Origin: Raja brachyura
Lineage: Eukaryota
DNA length: 64,000 bases
Assembly (NCBI GenBank): GCA_963514005.1
Contig: OY740813.1
Location: 24,552,001-24,616,000, forward strand
Direction: 5' to 3'
Part shown: positions 11,765-25,527 of the stretch, piece after piece
Numbering within the stretch: position 1 is the first letter of the stretch
How the letters are laid out: each line of letters begins with the position of its first letter
Made by a program: the position numbers and the translations under genes
The notes under the pieces: generated by a model
What the model was told of the DNA's origin: nothing
Databases searched by the model: none
Seen by the model: only the letters and a program-made list of their open reading frames with translations

Positions 11765-13642
11765 AGATTAACATTTCCCCATTTGAGTGGAAGAGAATAT
11801 CAGTAGATAAATTGTATGACAGAAATAAATCAAACCAAAGGACATACAGGAGCGATAGTTAAATACTACAATTTAAAGTACCAAATTCATTACTTGGGGA
11901 ATATCAAGGATTGAAATAATGCAAGAAACAAATCTTGATGCTCGCTCTTCATACACAAGTTTTCAATGTGCTCCATGAACAAACTGGCTATGGGGTCAAA
12001 TAGCAGGCAAGCATCAATGTAGGCTGCAGGATAAATAGTAACAGCAGGGTTAATTGGCAAATATATAAAGATTGATTTGTGGAAATAGGTCAACTGACCA
12101 TTTCATGTGGAGTGGAGCCATTTTATTGAACTTAATTGCCTTACTGAGGTTTATGCTCGCTGTCAGTATAGCAAAGTTAAAAGGGCAATCTGCAATTAAA
12201 CACAATTCTAAATTTAAATTTGATTTCCTCACCCTACCCACTAGATCTCTACTCTTCAAACCACAAAGTTCAATCTTTTGTTAAGATAGGTTTCTGCTGC
12301 CATGTGAAAAGGACAAAGTCAAAGAACACAGCAATAATTTGTCTATTTCCCTCCATGGATGCTGCCTGACCACCGACTCCCTTCAAATTGTTTTTTTGCT
12401 CAACACAATAATAGTTTTGCAAACAGGAGCATCACAACTGTGCACGACCACCAGCCAATGTCTTATACATGTGTACGGCTGCATCCAAGGACACACTTAT
12501 GGCCGGGGACAGTAATATCACCGTTAAATCAACTTAGTTTAAGTGTAACAGATTTTACGCAGATCAATTTTCTGCAAGGATCCTCTATCCACTAATTATT
12601 TTCAGAAATACACAACTTTCATCAGTAGAAGGTCCAGTAGTTTTTATTCCCCATGCTTGTTCAGTAGACTGTTTTTAAGTGTGTCTTATACCCATTGCAC
12701 TTCAATGATGCTGATTGACAGTAATCTTCAACCATTCTGGTATTTGCTATTGCGCAGTTGATGCAAACCTACTGGAAAATATGCCACAAACAACATGCAT
12801 ATCTTCCCGAGTGCACCCAAAAAAAATTGACACCGAGGTATAGAGAGATATATTAGACTAGATGACCAAAATCACCAGCAGGATGATAAAGTGACTTAAA
12901 AATGTTTTTTTTTTAAATGTTCTTTCAGTATTTACAGAATAACGGTTATTTAAAATCCCAAATGCCATTGTTAGTTCATACTTTACTCAGATGGTTGTGC
13001 ACATGGTCATCAGTCAAAATGAAAGAATCTCTTTTACACCACACGTCTCATATGCAAATAGAAAATTCCAAGAAAAATTACATCATGCATGGACAATTTC
13101 ACAAATTCTGGTCCTGAAATATCAATACTGACATTTCAGAAAACTTCATTAGTCATGAAGTAGTAAACAAGGCTTTGAATCAATTCTCGCTCCATCTTTC
13201 AGCTGTTTACTTAATATTATGGCTGAAATTTATGTCAATTAAAAACTGCAAAATAAAACTGATGCAAGATCCCAGTAGTTCTGTCATGAATCATCCAAAA
13301 AGTCAGCGATGATCTTGTCCTTCGAATTCTATCAGGCACCACCCTTTGTCATTTTTATTCCTGCTGCATTTCATTTTTTTCTTTCACTGCTGTACCCGAG
13401 CCACCTCTTTGACTTTCAGCTTGCTCACTTACTATTTACAACTTCGCCTTTCCGAATTCATGAACTGAATTAACACACAGTAATCTTCTCCATACCTTTC
13501 GACAAGACATTCAAAAACCCGCTTTCTCTTTCACAATAGGTAAAATTTTGCTATTGTAATGGCTTTGTCACATCTTCCAAGTTATCCGAAAAACGTTTCT
13601 GTCTCTGTGATTCCACCTTTCGAAACAACTCTACAATAATTC

Positions 13643-13757
13643 CGACCCAAAATGTTATCTATTCTTTTTCTCCAGAGATACTGCCTGATCCACTAAGTTA
13701 CTCCAGCATTTTGTGTCTATCTTTGATATAAAACAGCATCTGCAGTTCCTTCCTACA
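13643..13757 (+). mobile_element. Penelope pLTR-derived short repeat
   Basis: cgacccaaaatg…tctccagagatactgcctga…gttactccagcattttgtgtc…cagcatctgcagttcc. Confidence 0.75.
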
Positions 13758-14274
13758 ATTTCCTCTGCAACAATTATCGCAACTCCAAAACAAATAATTT
13801 CTCAAGGACAATAATAATCCCATTTCTAAAATCGCCCTTTAGATAGCTCTGACTAGATTGAGATATTGAAAATGCCAGTTATAGAGTCAGTCTTTCAGCA
13901 CAGAAAGAGGCCCGACGGCCCAGTATCCATGCCAACCAAATGTCCCACCTGCCTTGTTTGGGCAATCTCTCTAAACCTTTCTCATCCATGTACATGTATA
14001 AATGTCTTTGATATGAAGTTATTCCATTAAGTTTTGCATTTTCAGCTGGAGTTGCCAATCTTACTTCATCCCATTTTGTTAACTAACCTCCAATTGGTAC
14101 ATGAAACGTTTCGTTCATTCCTAGATACAAGAATGGCATATTCAATATCTAGTACTTTTTCACCATCACTGAGCTAAATTAAGCAGTAGGCATTTCAATT
14201 AAATAATATTTTAACTGAGGAAACTAAACCAGTGGAATTTTCTAATTTTCTCAGCCTTTCCCTACAGATAATGT

Positions 14275-14980
14275 ATTGAGGGCAAACCCATAGACATTGG
14301 CTATATGGACTTCAGCAAGGCCTTTGATAAGGTTTTGCATGGTCGCTGCTCTGGAAAGTTAGATCGCATGGGATCCAGGGAGAGCAAGCTAACTGGATGC
14401 ATAACTGGCTTCATGGAATGAAGCAGAGAGTGTGATGGAAGGCTGGTTGGCTGACTGTAGGTCTGTGACTGGTGGTATACCTCAGGGATCGGCGCTGGGT
14501 ACATTGCAGTTTGTGGTCAATAGTACTAATATGGATGAGAATATACAAGACATGATTAACAAGTCTGCAGATGAGTTTTAAGTAGGTGACATCATAGACA
14601 GTGAAGATGATTATCAACAATTACAGCAGGATCTTGATCAGCTGGGCAAGTAAGCCGTGGAACTGTGAATCAAGTTTAAGGCAGGTAGGTTGGATTTTGA
14701 GAAGTCAAATCAGGGCAGGACCTTCACAGTGAAGGACAAGACCCTGGCGAATACTGTAGAGTAAAGGGATCTTGGAGTACAGGAATACAGTTCCCCAAGT
14801 TCCCTAAAAGAGGTGTCACAGGTGGATAGGGTGGCAAAGAGGCCTTGGTACATTGATCTTCATCAGTCAGAGTATAGACTGTAGAAGCTGGGACGTTTTG
14901 TTACATTTGTACAAGACGTTGGTGAGGCTGCCTTTGAAGCATAGTGTTGAGTTTTGGTAACCCTGCTATAGAAAGGGTGA
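14275..14980 (+). mobile_element. Degraded CR1 LINE RT fragment
   Basis: Translates to DIGYMDFSKAFDKV at ~14293, followed by a G.PQGS.LG-like segment; contains stops and frameshifts. Confidence 0.85.
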
Positions 14981-17900
14981 CTATCTACATCCAACTCAAT
15001 TTTGTTCAACTCTTTGGTAGCACACAGTTTTTTTCCACTATTTCTTGGTACACATGACAAAAATAAACCAATGCCAATAAATATAGTTTGCAGTTAATAA
15101 GATATTTAGACAAAACACAAAATAATTGGTTAGAATCATGTTGAACTTTCTTCTACAGAGTGGTTGAGGTCAACAGCATAGATCCATTTAAGAGGAAGCT
15201 GGAAAATACACAAAGAAATAGGGAATAAAATAATATGTATGCATGTTGAGAAGTTTGTGGAATAATTATCATTATTCAAAGCACCTGGGTTTTGTGCTAT
15301 GAATACAATACACAGTAAATATCAACATTTTCTGATAGCTTGGGGCCTTTCAACTTTGACTGGTTCAATGAAACCTGTACAATTACCCACTCTCCAATGT
15401 AGCAAATAAACACTGCGCGGGCAAGTCAAGGAACCCAGGGGAAGAAGCTTACTGTTCTTTGAGAACCTGGGATAGAAAGTGGAAGCACAAGCTCATCCCA
15501 GTGCATTACAGCCATCTCCTTGAGACAACACTTGCATTTGCAATCGATCAATTCCTCTAAAAGGAAACTATGATCACAGTAACTTGCAGAAGACTGCAGC
15601 ATTTAAAGCAACAGCCTGACTAGATGAATGATCCACTGGAACTGCAGGCGAGGCTTTGAAGTGGGGAACAACCCACGTGTGGAACGAAAAAGTCCATGGG
15701 ATTGATAGTGTCATGGTACATTTCAGTCAGAGGTACCTGCAGTTTCTGAATATCCAGCATAAAGCAAATTACATGAGTCCTTTTGCAATAGAACCAGATG
15801 ACAGCTCCAATCTCTACACATGAAAGAGTCGGTCAGATTACAAAATCGTCATCCAGAAATGGCGAAAATAAAAGGCAAGCTATTATAGAGACATCCTACC
15901 CTGGCAAACAAAGAATCTCTTGAAATGAGTTGCTGTACTCAACATAGAAGCACAGCATTACATAATTACATTTTTGATTATTTGTCGTCTCTCTAAGGTG
16001 GAAGAGGTTGATAGTGGCTGGGTATTTCCTCAGCATCCATCATCAGTAAAAGGCCTGCACATTAGATCCAGCAGCGACAGAGTTCTGTAAATAAAGAAAC
16101 GCAGGGACCATTTGCTCCAACTTCAAAGACAGAGCAGCAGTAAGCGAGGACATTTTAAATGTTGAGATCCAGTGAGGCTACACAGAAACCGCAGCTTTTG
16201 AACAATCCTGTCTCCAAATATCCCCACGTAGGAAAATAGAACTTGCTAGTTTACATTTTACTATGTTTCATATCCAGTATTTTCTTGGATTGCAGCATAT
16301 AAAATGGACTTCTCACATTATGAGTAATATTGAACTACAGGTAGTTAAAAATAGGTGGATACCGTCTAGACCAAATTACACTGCCACTTGAATGATTTCC
16401 CACCTACATCACTTGGATTATTTGCACATTAAAAGACAGAACCAACCCATGAAGTCAGATTTACTCTTTTTCAAAGCCATGTTTTTTTTTCCACTTCACA
16501 AGCCCAAGAAAATAACTGGTGACAAAAACAGTCTTGACACCTTTGCCGTCACCCTCAATCGAACACCCTCAATCGAACAAAATGCTTCAGTATCGCAGCA
16601 GAGGCAATGTTTTGTTTCATATCCCATAAGTTGCACGACTGTGAAATTAATATTATGGTAATTCATTGAAGCAAGCAGTATATTAATCCCCTCCCCACCA
16701 CACAATTTAGCATATATTAACAATGTAGGCTCTTGAAAACAATCCTTAAATTAACAATAAACAAATACAATTGGTTTTAGTCGGGTTTTTTAAAAACTAC
16801 AATATGGTTGTGGGCTTTGGTCTTCAGACTTCGTGCCTTTTGAAAGTCACAGCTGAGAGAGGGTTTTCTATTTCTAAGCAAAGCCACCAGATGGAGTGCA
16901 TTGCTGCTGGGGTGGGGTAGCCAAAACGGTCTACTTTACTCTCCCACCTTAACTCCCCTTCTCCACAGTCCATCCGCCAATTATTCTTCCCTCAGATAAT
17001 GATGGAAAAGATCACTTTGATTATTGATGAACAACCCACTCACCTTTTTGTAAGGGCGAATTAAAACATACATTTTTAAAAATATCCCAAAAAATGTGAG
17101 TGCTGAAAATACTCCAGTAAATCGACAGATTACCCCATTTAAATACAGCTTTAATGACACAGATTTTCTTGGAGTTTATGAATATTTTCAGCAAGGTTCT
17201 ACGTGCAAATTATATAAATGATGCCTGTAAAGGGATCAAATTATTTAACTATCATTGAATAACACTTGCTGAATATATCCTAGGATGGTTTCAAAATACC
17301 TGGCACAAAATATAAATTAGCATTCAAAGTTTTGCATATTCTTTAGTTTTAAACTGCTAGTATTATTCTGATTATCAAAAAAAATTAAACCACTAATATT
17401 AGCATTTGGTTTAAAAATACTAAAACATTATATTTCATCTTGGTTGTAGTGTTTAGCATAAACACTGCCACCGCATTGCACTACACTATTTTTCAATTAA
17501 AAAGGTCCAGATGTTCATGAAGCTCCAGTAGGCACAGACACTTACGAGAAATGCTTTATCTGCATTGCAATAATCACTACTACATCAGTTCTAGGCTGTA
17601 TTACCATATTCATGATTTTTCAACCTATTATTCTACCCCACCTCCTAACACACCAGTTAATTATACAGTATAGCAAACAAACGATCTACTTTGATTGCTG
17701 TAGTGCATTTTGGGTTCGATGAAGACTTATTTTTCTAACAGGTCAGAGATGCAAAATGAGAGGACTGATGCTATAATGACTAATATTTGACACATGTCAG
17801 GTACTTGAGGTATTTTCACTTTGCAGCATCTTTATACTAAACGGTTTGCCTGTACATTTTGTGGAATAGAGTGTTATATGAATTGTAAATTTTCAATATT

Positions 17901-19965
17901 TTATAAAACGCACCATTTTAAAACCAATGTATTAGATCTCACTATTGTCTATTACGTACAAGGCAAACTAATAGAAATTTTAAAATATGGGTATCATAGC
18001 TTTGTAGTGGTAATTAAATAAATAGCCACTGTTTCACAAATCATTCCCTTAATTAGTTTAAAAAAGACACATCACATACTCTGGCTTTAAAACCATCTGA
18101 AACTCACAGAAGGAAGTGAATGTTACCGCAACAAATCTATGCTGCTCCATCCTCATCGTCAATAGGCAGCCACAGTTCCCTTTAATACCATGCAGCCCCG
18201 AGGCTCTCTCACAGTTTTCACAGGTGCTGGAATCAGCTGGAATTCAACTCCAGCTGCTCAGAGAAGATGTTCGATTTAATTATTCTCCGCTTTCCCAAAG
18301 GAAAACGAGAAAATGAAGGGAACAAAAGAGCACAAGAACACAGCCGAAATCCAAGACGGTCTGCAAATATCCTTGACTGAGATTGTGACAATAATGATGT
18401 CTAATATATAGAACTGGGTTGAATTACATAAACAGAGGGATTTTAGCCTCAAAGAAGAGAGCATTCCCAGACATTCCAATTACAGGTAGTAAGATTTAAT
18501 GCCCATTTCTCATTTCCTTTGTATAATTTTCAACACAGAATGACTTATGTGTAACGCACTTGAATTATGTTTGAACAACCTAATATTCTAGTCTATTATT
18601 ATAAAAGTTAGAAGTATGCCCATCGCAAACAATTCACGGTTTTTCCTTGTGAGACAATTTTTTTTTTAGCCAGTAGGCCACTTCAGGCTTTATTGTGTAT
18701 TAAAATATTTAATGTTGAAACAGAATCAGAAGGCAAAACCTCAACTATCACAGCAGCAATAGGGCTGAGCATTAGTGACCACAACTGGACATCAAATGCG
18801 TGGAGGCTAAGAGGAGAAACCTCACAAACATTCAGAATCTTCGAAAACTGAGAGTTTTCATCATCCTGTCTGTAATGAGATCGAACCCCTCGAGTCCGTT
18901 GCAGCCTCATTACACTCGGAGCCATCTGCTATTTGCTACCTTACAAAGCTTGCATCTAATTTTAGGCTTTCTGATAAGTTGTAATATAGAGACAATAACG
19001 TAAATTGTTCATTACAGCCATGGGTCTTCAGTTCATCCTGCTTTTCAACATTACATCTTCAATGAAGATAATAAGTCAATAATTTGTCAGTTCCCAAACA
19101 TCCACTGTTAATAGTGTATTAAAATAATCAGTAAAATAAAGCAGATACTAAATTGGATGAAATGATTCTAGGAGGACAGAACTCAACAGCACATGGTAAA
19201 GGTGGAGATTCCACATCATGAAGATTGATGTGTCAGAATTCCACCATTGATTGAACAGAATGCTGGTACCCCTGCAACGAGTGCCCAGGAGCATAATCTC
19301 CTTGCATTGTAAGATAACTACTACTTACTGTAACTACTGGGCACTTACAATTGGAAAAGTTTAAAGTTACCCCACATCATGCAATTCACTCAGTTTAACA
19401 ATTTTCTCTTGAAACCGGACGAAAAGAAATTAAATCAAGCAGCCTTTAAAATAATTTTAATTTCTGATAGCAATTATTATGGCATAACAACAAAAATGAT
19501 TCAGACCATTAATAAAAATCTATCTTCTACACACAGATATAATCCTTGGAGTATTCTATGTTAAAGTTGCACCAGTGAAATAGCAATGCCCAAAGATTTA
19601 CAACCTCTCCAGTCAAGAAATCTTTCCTCATCTCAAGGCCTGAAAAATAATACTTTAAAGCCACAGATCAAAAATACTGTATTCTTTTTTCGGGGTAAGG
19701 CATAATGAAGCACAATTTTCAAAGAGATCATTTTGCCTGAAATTTAAAATACATAGCCTGCATAAAACTAGAAAATTAGTTAAAGGATGATTTTTATTCA
19801 CGAATCACACCGCCATTTACGCTCACCAAAACTTCGCAATTTTCAAAATAACTATCATGGAACCCATTGTTCAAACATGCATTAATGGTGGCTCCAAAAG
19901 AACAGATAATAGCTGCGGTCAAGTCAAGCAGAGAACTCAATACACTCATTCAATAGTGCAGTCAA

Positions 19966-20365
19966 GTCTGAAGAAGAGTCTCGACCCGAAACGTCACCCA
20001 CTCCTTTTCTCCATAGATGCCTCCGTTGCCATGCTGTGAGAACGGAGAGGATGAGAAGGAACTTCTTCCCAGAGGCCATTCGGACTGTAAACTCCTATCT
20101 AACCAGGGACTAACTCTACTACAGTTACTGTACCACAATACCACCCACAATATTTTATTATGGAAAAGAACATGTGATTCTGTTTGTAGTATGTTGGTTG
20201 TTTGTTTGTTTGTTTTTTGCACAAAGTCCGCAGGCAATGCCACTTTTCATTTCACTGCACCTCCCGTATGTGTATGTGACGAATAAACTTGACTTGACTT
20301 GCTGCGTTTCTCCAGCATTTTTTGTCTACTTTAGATTTTTCCAGCATCTACAGTTCCTTCTTAAA
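19966..20365 (+). mobile_element. Penelope pLTR repeat with hammerhead-like motif, interrupted by a Rex1-like 3' end (~20021-20299)
   Basis: ctgaagaagagtctcgacccgaaacgtc… resumes at ~20300 (tgctgcgtttctccagca). The insert ends gtgacgaataaa(cttga)n. Confidence 0.8.
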
Positions 20366-21330
20366 CACTGCAGCTTAATTTACTCATTTAAGTTAAGAAT
20401 GGAGGGGTTTTTTTAGGGGAAAAATTGTGGTAATTTTCCCATCACTACTTTTCCTTGACTCTTCCCGAAGGAAATTCCCATCTGCTGCATCCACCAATCC
20501 TGCAACAGAACGTGATCTTATTTCAAACAGCTGGATGCCGAGTCTCCTTGCATATATACATCTTCTCTGAAATGTCCCGGAATTCCTCGTGCTCATCATT
20601 GTAACCAATTAGTAAAAAGTGAACGCACTTAACCCGAGACAAAATAGCCCACTAAATATAAAAATACAGAACCATTGGACCAGACAAACTTTGTTCACAC
20701 AGAATTCATTTTTATACCATTGTAAATCAGCACAATCATACACCTGTCAGATAGCCATAAAACAATCATGAACATGAATAAATGTATAATACTCTCTTCA
20801 ATACTTCAAATGCAAAATAAGCAGATTGAAAGTTCCATGATTACATTGACCATTTTAGTAATAAGCTAGATCAATACAGAAGTTTCAGATTCTATGCCCG
20901 ATTTCAGCTAGAACCACAACATTTGACCAAAGCTCAGTGATCTCAATATTTATTAACCGTGCACAGAAATTTAAACAATGATGAATCTCAAGCTAAAATC
21001 TCAACAGTCACCATCAAAGGCCAAGCTTTTGTGAATTACTTTCCCTCCAAACAAAATCATCAACAATCGGCAATGTCAGGAAATGAAAACGAAGGCACCA
21101 ACCTAGACAGGAAAAATTGGAAGGCAAAGAAATAACTTTTGCAGCTGTAAAAAAGTAACATCAGCGATGAGTTTCTTATCAAGGCATTAAAGCTTTTCTC
21201 CAAAGTAAATCAACCAAATTAAACCATGGCTCAGGTTTTAATCTCTGCAGTGCAGACAAGTCAATAGTGTAAGCAGAAACAAAAATCAGTGAGAGTTTCC
21301 TTTCTGTAAGTAGACCAGTGATCTTAGGAA

Positions 21331-21622
21331 TGGCACAACGGAACCGCTGGCAGAGCTGCTTCCGCACAATAACAAAGACTCGGGTTCGATCCTGACCTCA
21401 GGTGCTGTCTGTGGTGTTTGCAGGTTCCCCGTGACTGGGTGGGTTCCCCCCGGCTGCTCGTGTTTCTTCCCATAACCCAGAGATGTGCGGCTTTGTAGGT
21501 TAATGTAGGGAATTGATGTGAAAGTGGGATAACATAAAACTAGTGCGAACGGGTAATGGATAGTCAATGTGGACTCGGTGGACTAATGGAACCATTTCCA
21601 CGTTGTATCTTTCAAATCAATT
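21331..21622 (+). mobile_element. HE1-like tRNA SINE
   Basis: A-box-like tggcacaacgg, B-box gggttcgatcc (21381-21391), and a conserved central and 3' block. Confidence 0.8.
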
Positions 21623-22458
21623 AAACCCCCTTGTACGGGCATTGAGAAATGCCAGCCTTTGGCTGCAGCACCCCTCGCACCTTCTATCTGCCCAACCCCA
21701 CCGGTAAAGGTTTAGGTTCAACCGACCAATTAGCCGAATTGTGGACATTTTCCAGCAAGGAGCGCAACTCAAATCGTTTCCTCAATGGGAAAAGAAAAAC
21801 AAATATACACAAGATGCAAGATTTTTTTTCAAATCAGCCACAGCAATTTTCATCCAACTGCCCTCAAGTGGCATCGAGTTGTATACCCGTATATAACGGG
21901 TTGTGCATCCCAGATAGTTTAGTTAGGCAAATCGCCCATTGCGGGACAACCAATACCGGAAGAGGACATGCTGGAGTAACTCAGCAGGTCAGGCAGCATC
22001 TCTGGAAAACTTGAATACATGACGTTTCGGGTCTGGACCAGAAGGGAATTGTCAAACATTCACTATATAGCAATTGCATCCTTAGATTTACTGCTTGTCA
22101 TAGTATCCATTATTATATACAAGCATGAACTAAACTATACATTATAATTAACATTGGCAAATGCAGTATTTATCACTATAAAAAATTACTAATCAAATAA
22201 AATTGAGAAATGGTTTATTCTAGCATGCATGACAGCAAGCAGTTTATCCACTCGTTTCTTATTTTCTCCATGATGAACAATACTTGCTTTGTTCAAACAT
22301 ATCTCATTTGAAATCTTATTTATTGGAGGCTGCAATTCTCTGTTACACTTGGAAGATTACAAAAGGCATATAATCGCAATAACAAAAATAAAGGAGAATT
22401 CTCCTCTCCCACGAGTCAACTGTTTAATGTTGAAAGCCTTTGCCAGTTTTATTTTTGA

Positions 22459-23290
22459 CTAGACCAAGTACAGACCCGTTGGGCCCGTCCACCAAGGCAA
22501 TATTCCACCACTCATCCATAGCCCCCAACTGCACAGGCGCGGCTGACGGGTTCCCATTGTGGCGCCAGAGATGCCCGTTGTGACGCAAGTCACGGCAACC
22601 CTCCCCCAACTGCACAGGCGCGGCCGGCAAGTGGGAGCGTCTGCGACGTTTTTAAAGTTCAAAATGGCAATAACTTGTAAAATATAAGACCAATGTGAAT
22701 GCATACCACTCTCCCTCTTCAGTTCCCTATTCTCCTCCTCCATTATCCACCCTCACCCCACCCTCCACCAACCCTCCTCCGCTTCCTCCCCTCCTCACCA
22801 TCCTTCTTCCTACCCCTATCCTCCACCATTCCCCTCATCCCCCAGCACTCCCTTCCCCTCCTCATCACCCCCCTCTTATTTCCCCTCCCCACTCCCTCAC
22901 TCACCTATCCCTCCCTCTCCCCTACCCTCAGTCATCACTTCCCCCAATCCCACCCCCCCCACTGCCCTTCTCTCCCTCGATGCCCCACTCCCTACCTCAC
23001 CCACTACCACCTCCTCTCCCTCTATCCCCCCCTCCTCTCCCACTCTCCCTTCTCACCTCTCCCTCCCTACCCACTCGTCTCTCTCGATCCCCCTGCTCAC
23101 CCACTCCTCGCCCACTCCTCACCTAGCCCCCATCCCCACCCCCCACACTTAAAATCGCAATTTAAAGAAAAATGAAATCTCCCCGTATCCCACCCCCCCT
23201 CAATGAAAATCGTGATGTTTTTTTTTAAATTAAATTCTCAATGAAAACCGCGTTTTTTCATTAAAATAACCTAAACACGATGTTAGCTGT
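22459..23290 (-). mobile_element. Non-autonomous Helitron-like element
   Basis: Minus-strand end gggcccaacgggtctgtacttggtCTAG|t; subterminal motif gcaatattccacc shared with 2250-2947; internal 22-bp direct repeat. The 5' end is uncertain. Confidence 0.7.
22710..23150. repeat. C/T-rich low-complexity polypyrimidine tract (~440 bp)
   Basis: Dominated by C and T with many C3-C7 runs; accounts for the Pro-rich spurious ORFs. Confidence 0.9.
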
Positions 23291-23293
23291 TAA

Positions 23294-23352
23294 CTAGACC
23301 AAGTGGGACCCGTTGCGGCCCCCCATTCCCCAATGCAATATTCCACCACTCA
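23294..23352 (-). mobile_element. Second Helitron-like 3' terminus (~60 bp)
   Basis: ctagaccaagtgggacccgttgcggcccc…caatgcaatattccaccactca is nearly the same as 22459-22514. Confidence 0.7.
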
Positions 23353-23514
23353 TGAAAATTAACTTTAAGAGTAACAGGACCAAACAATCCATTCTTGACC
23401 TTAACTGTAACATGCTACAAATCATTAGAAATCATGAACAAATATATATTTTTAAATTGTGCAGTTAGTACCTTCTGCCCAAAAATGCAGAAACGGACAG
23501 AATCTGAGCTTTGG

Positions 23515-23705
23515 GTTAGTTTAGACACAGCATAGAAACAGGCCATTCTGCCTATGCCAACCATTGATCACCTGTTCACACTAGTTCTATGTCACTTTCT
23601 CATCCACTCCCTGTACACTCTGAGCAATTTACAAAGGCCCATTAACCTACAAATCTGCGTGGTTTGGGGGTGTGAAGAAACCAGAACACCTGGAGGAAAC
23701 CCATG
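23515..23705 (-). mobile_element. HE1-like SINE fragment
   Basis: ttagtttagacacagcatagaaacaggcc…attaacctacaaa…ggaggaaaccca. Confidence 0.7.
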
Positions 23706-24954
23706 TATTCTCCTCTCTCCAAAGATTTCCTAAAGAGCTTTATAACGACGCACAATCATTTTAATATATTCTCCAGGAAACTGAAACAAAAAAAATAGTA
23801 AAACAGATTTACATAGCCATATTTTGCCATTTGGTCTTGAGGGTTCAAATGTAAATTGCTTCAAATGTATGCCAGATGGAAAGGATATACAATGGGAAGT
23901 GTTTTGCATTTATCACAGTTGGTAGATGCAACAGCATACATAAAAATGGATTTTGAAATCTCCAAGAGTAACTATGAACAAAAATTGGGCAGTGCTGAGA
24001 GGAGGAATGTGAAGCTCATGTTTGCCTCCAATACTTCAGAATATGCTGGGCGATTTATAATACTAATAGTCAACCACAGTGTTGATATTGATTTTAACAG
24101 GACCTAATTCACCTTTAATATTTCACAGTAATCAATCTGCTGTCATGAACACTCAAGAGAAATAACATTCGGTCCAAGTCATCACAATCCAAATGTATTG
24201 GTAGTGTAATGAATAGAAAGCTTGTATAAAAAATATATATATAATCATGGTTTAACATTTGCACAATGGCACTTCTTTTTTTTTAAAGTGACACAATGCT
24301 ATCTGATAGAAGCCCTCAGCTTTCAGCAAAATGTCAGCCAGAGTAACATTAACCTCAAATCTTAAATGCTGTAAAAAGTGTTTATTATCTGCCATTTCCA
24401 TTCAACCACTGAATTATTGTGTGCGGGTCTTAGAGAATGTGGCAATGGTGTTCAGTAATAATCAGGTGAACACAATCTCAGATTAATATTCTGAATTCCA
24501 ATGTGTTAATTTGATGCAACTTCTAGTTGACAATATGTGATTAATGTGTTCCACTGCTAGCTGAGCTGCTGCCTCTGACAGTTTAAAATGCTAGGTTTCT
24601 TTATCAGTATCAGTAGTTGACACGCCTTTGCCTGCTGCTTTGCTAGGACCACCACTAATTTGTAATGAACTTGCTTTTCATGGAGCACCATGATTTTTTT
24701 TAAATATTCTGTCAGTGTCATTTCCTTGAAGAAAATTACAAGTTTCTATAGGTGTGATTACTGACAAGCATTTGTGGTTAAGAGGCGCTGCTTTACAAAA
24801 GAGGATTCTATTTAATAATACCCTTTTAAAACTGTTCATTATTAATGGTTGAAAACAACATGGAGAAACTTTTCCAAACTTTAACAGAAGCTGTAGCTAT
24901 GCAAAAAAAAACTAAATGCTCTCAATTGAATAAAAAAGAAGCAAATTCTCTTCT

Positions 24955-25235
24955 AAAGACACAAAGTGCTTGAGTAACTCAGCAAGCTGGTCAGGCAGCG
25001 TCTCTGGAGAACATGGATAGTTTATGTTTTGGGTCAGGATCCTTCTTCAGACCATGTCTTTTTATGTAAACCAGCATTTGCAGTTCGTTGATTCTAACCA
25101 AAATTCTCTTATCCAGTCCAAAGACGTCTGAAGTTGCAGTCTGAAGAAGGGTCTCGACCCGAAACATCACCTATTCCTGTTCTCCAGAGATGCTGCCTGA
25201 CCTGCCGAGTTACTCCAGCATTTTGTGTCAATCTT
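24955..25235. mobile_element. Cluster of Penelope pLTR repeats (one minus copy, plus copies)
   Basis: 24957-25052 on the minus strand; 25141-25230 on the plus strand with ctgaagaagggtctcgacccgaaacatc. Confidence 0.8.
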
Positions 25236-25527
25236 CTCTTATTTTGGTTTTAATACCAGTGAGAAATTAAGGATATTAACCAATTTCCCCTCTATGTCCC
25301 ATTTAGTTAGGTTTTATACATATCTGCTGTGTTTATGAAAGGTTTTACAAAAGCCAACACATTTTGGCACAAATACTCTGTGAATTAAGATGTCTGGCTT
25401 ATTATGTTAAGAGTTTATTGCAAATTGAAATGCAAGTAGTAGTTTCCTAGAACAAAATCAATATGGATATTAAAATCCTCTGCCAACTATATTAGTAGTT
25501 GATTTTGATGAGCAGTATTAAAAGTAG

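Noticed and set aside
18223-18484. Plus-strand exon-like segment after ttttcacAG
   Set aside because: Weak donor, early stops and no supporting homology.
21331-21395. tRNA-like A/B boxes
   Set aside because: SINE head with no cloverleaf; the same applies to the other copies.
22695-23175. Pro/Leu/Ser-rich ORFs
   Set aside because: Artefacts of the C/T low-complexity tract.
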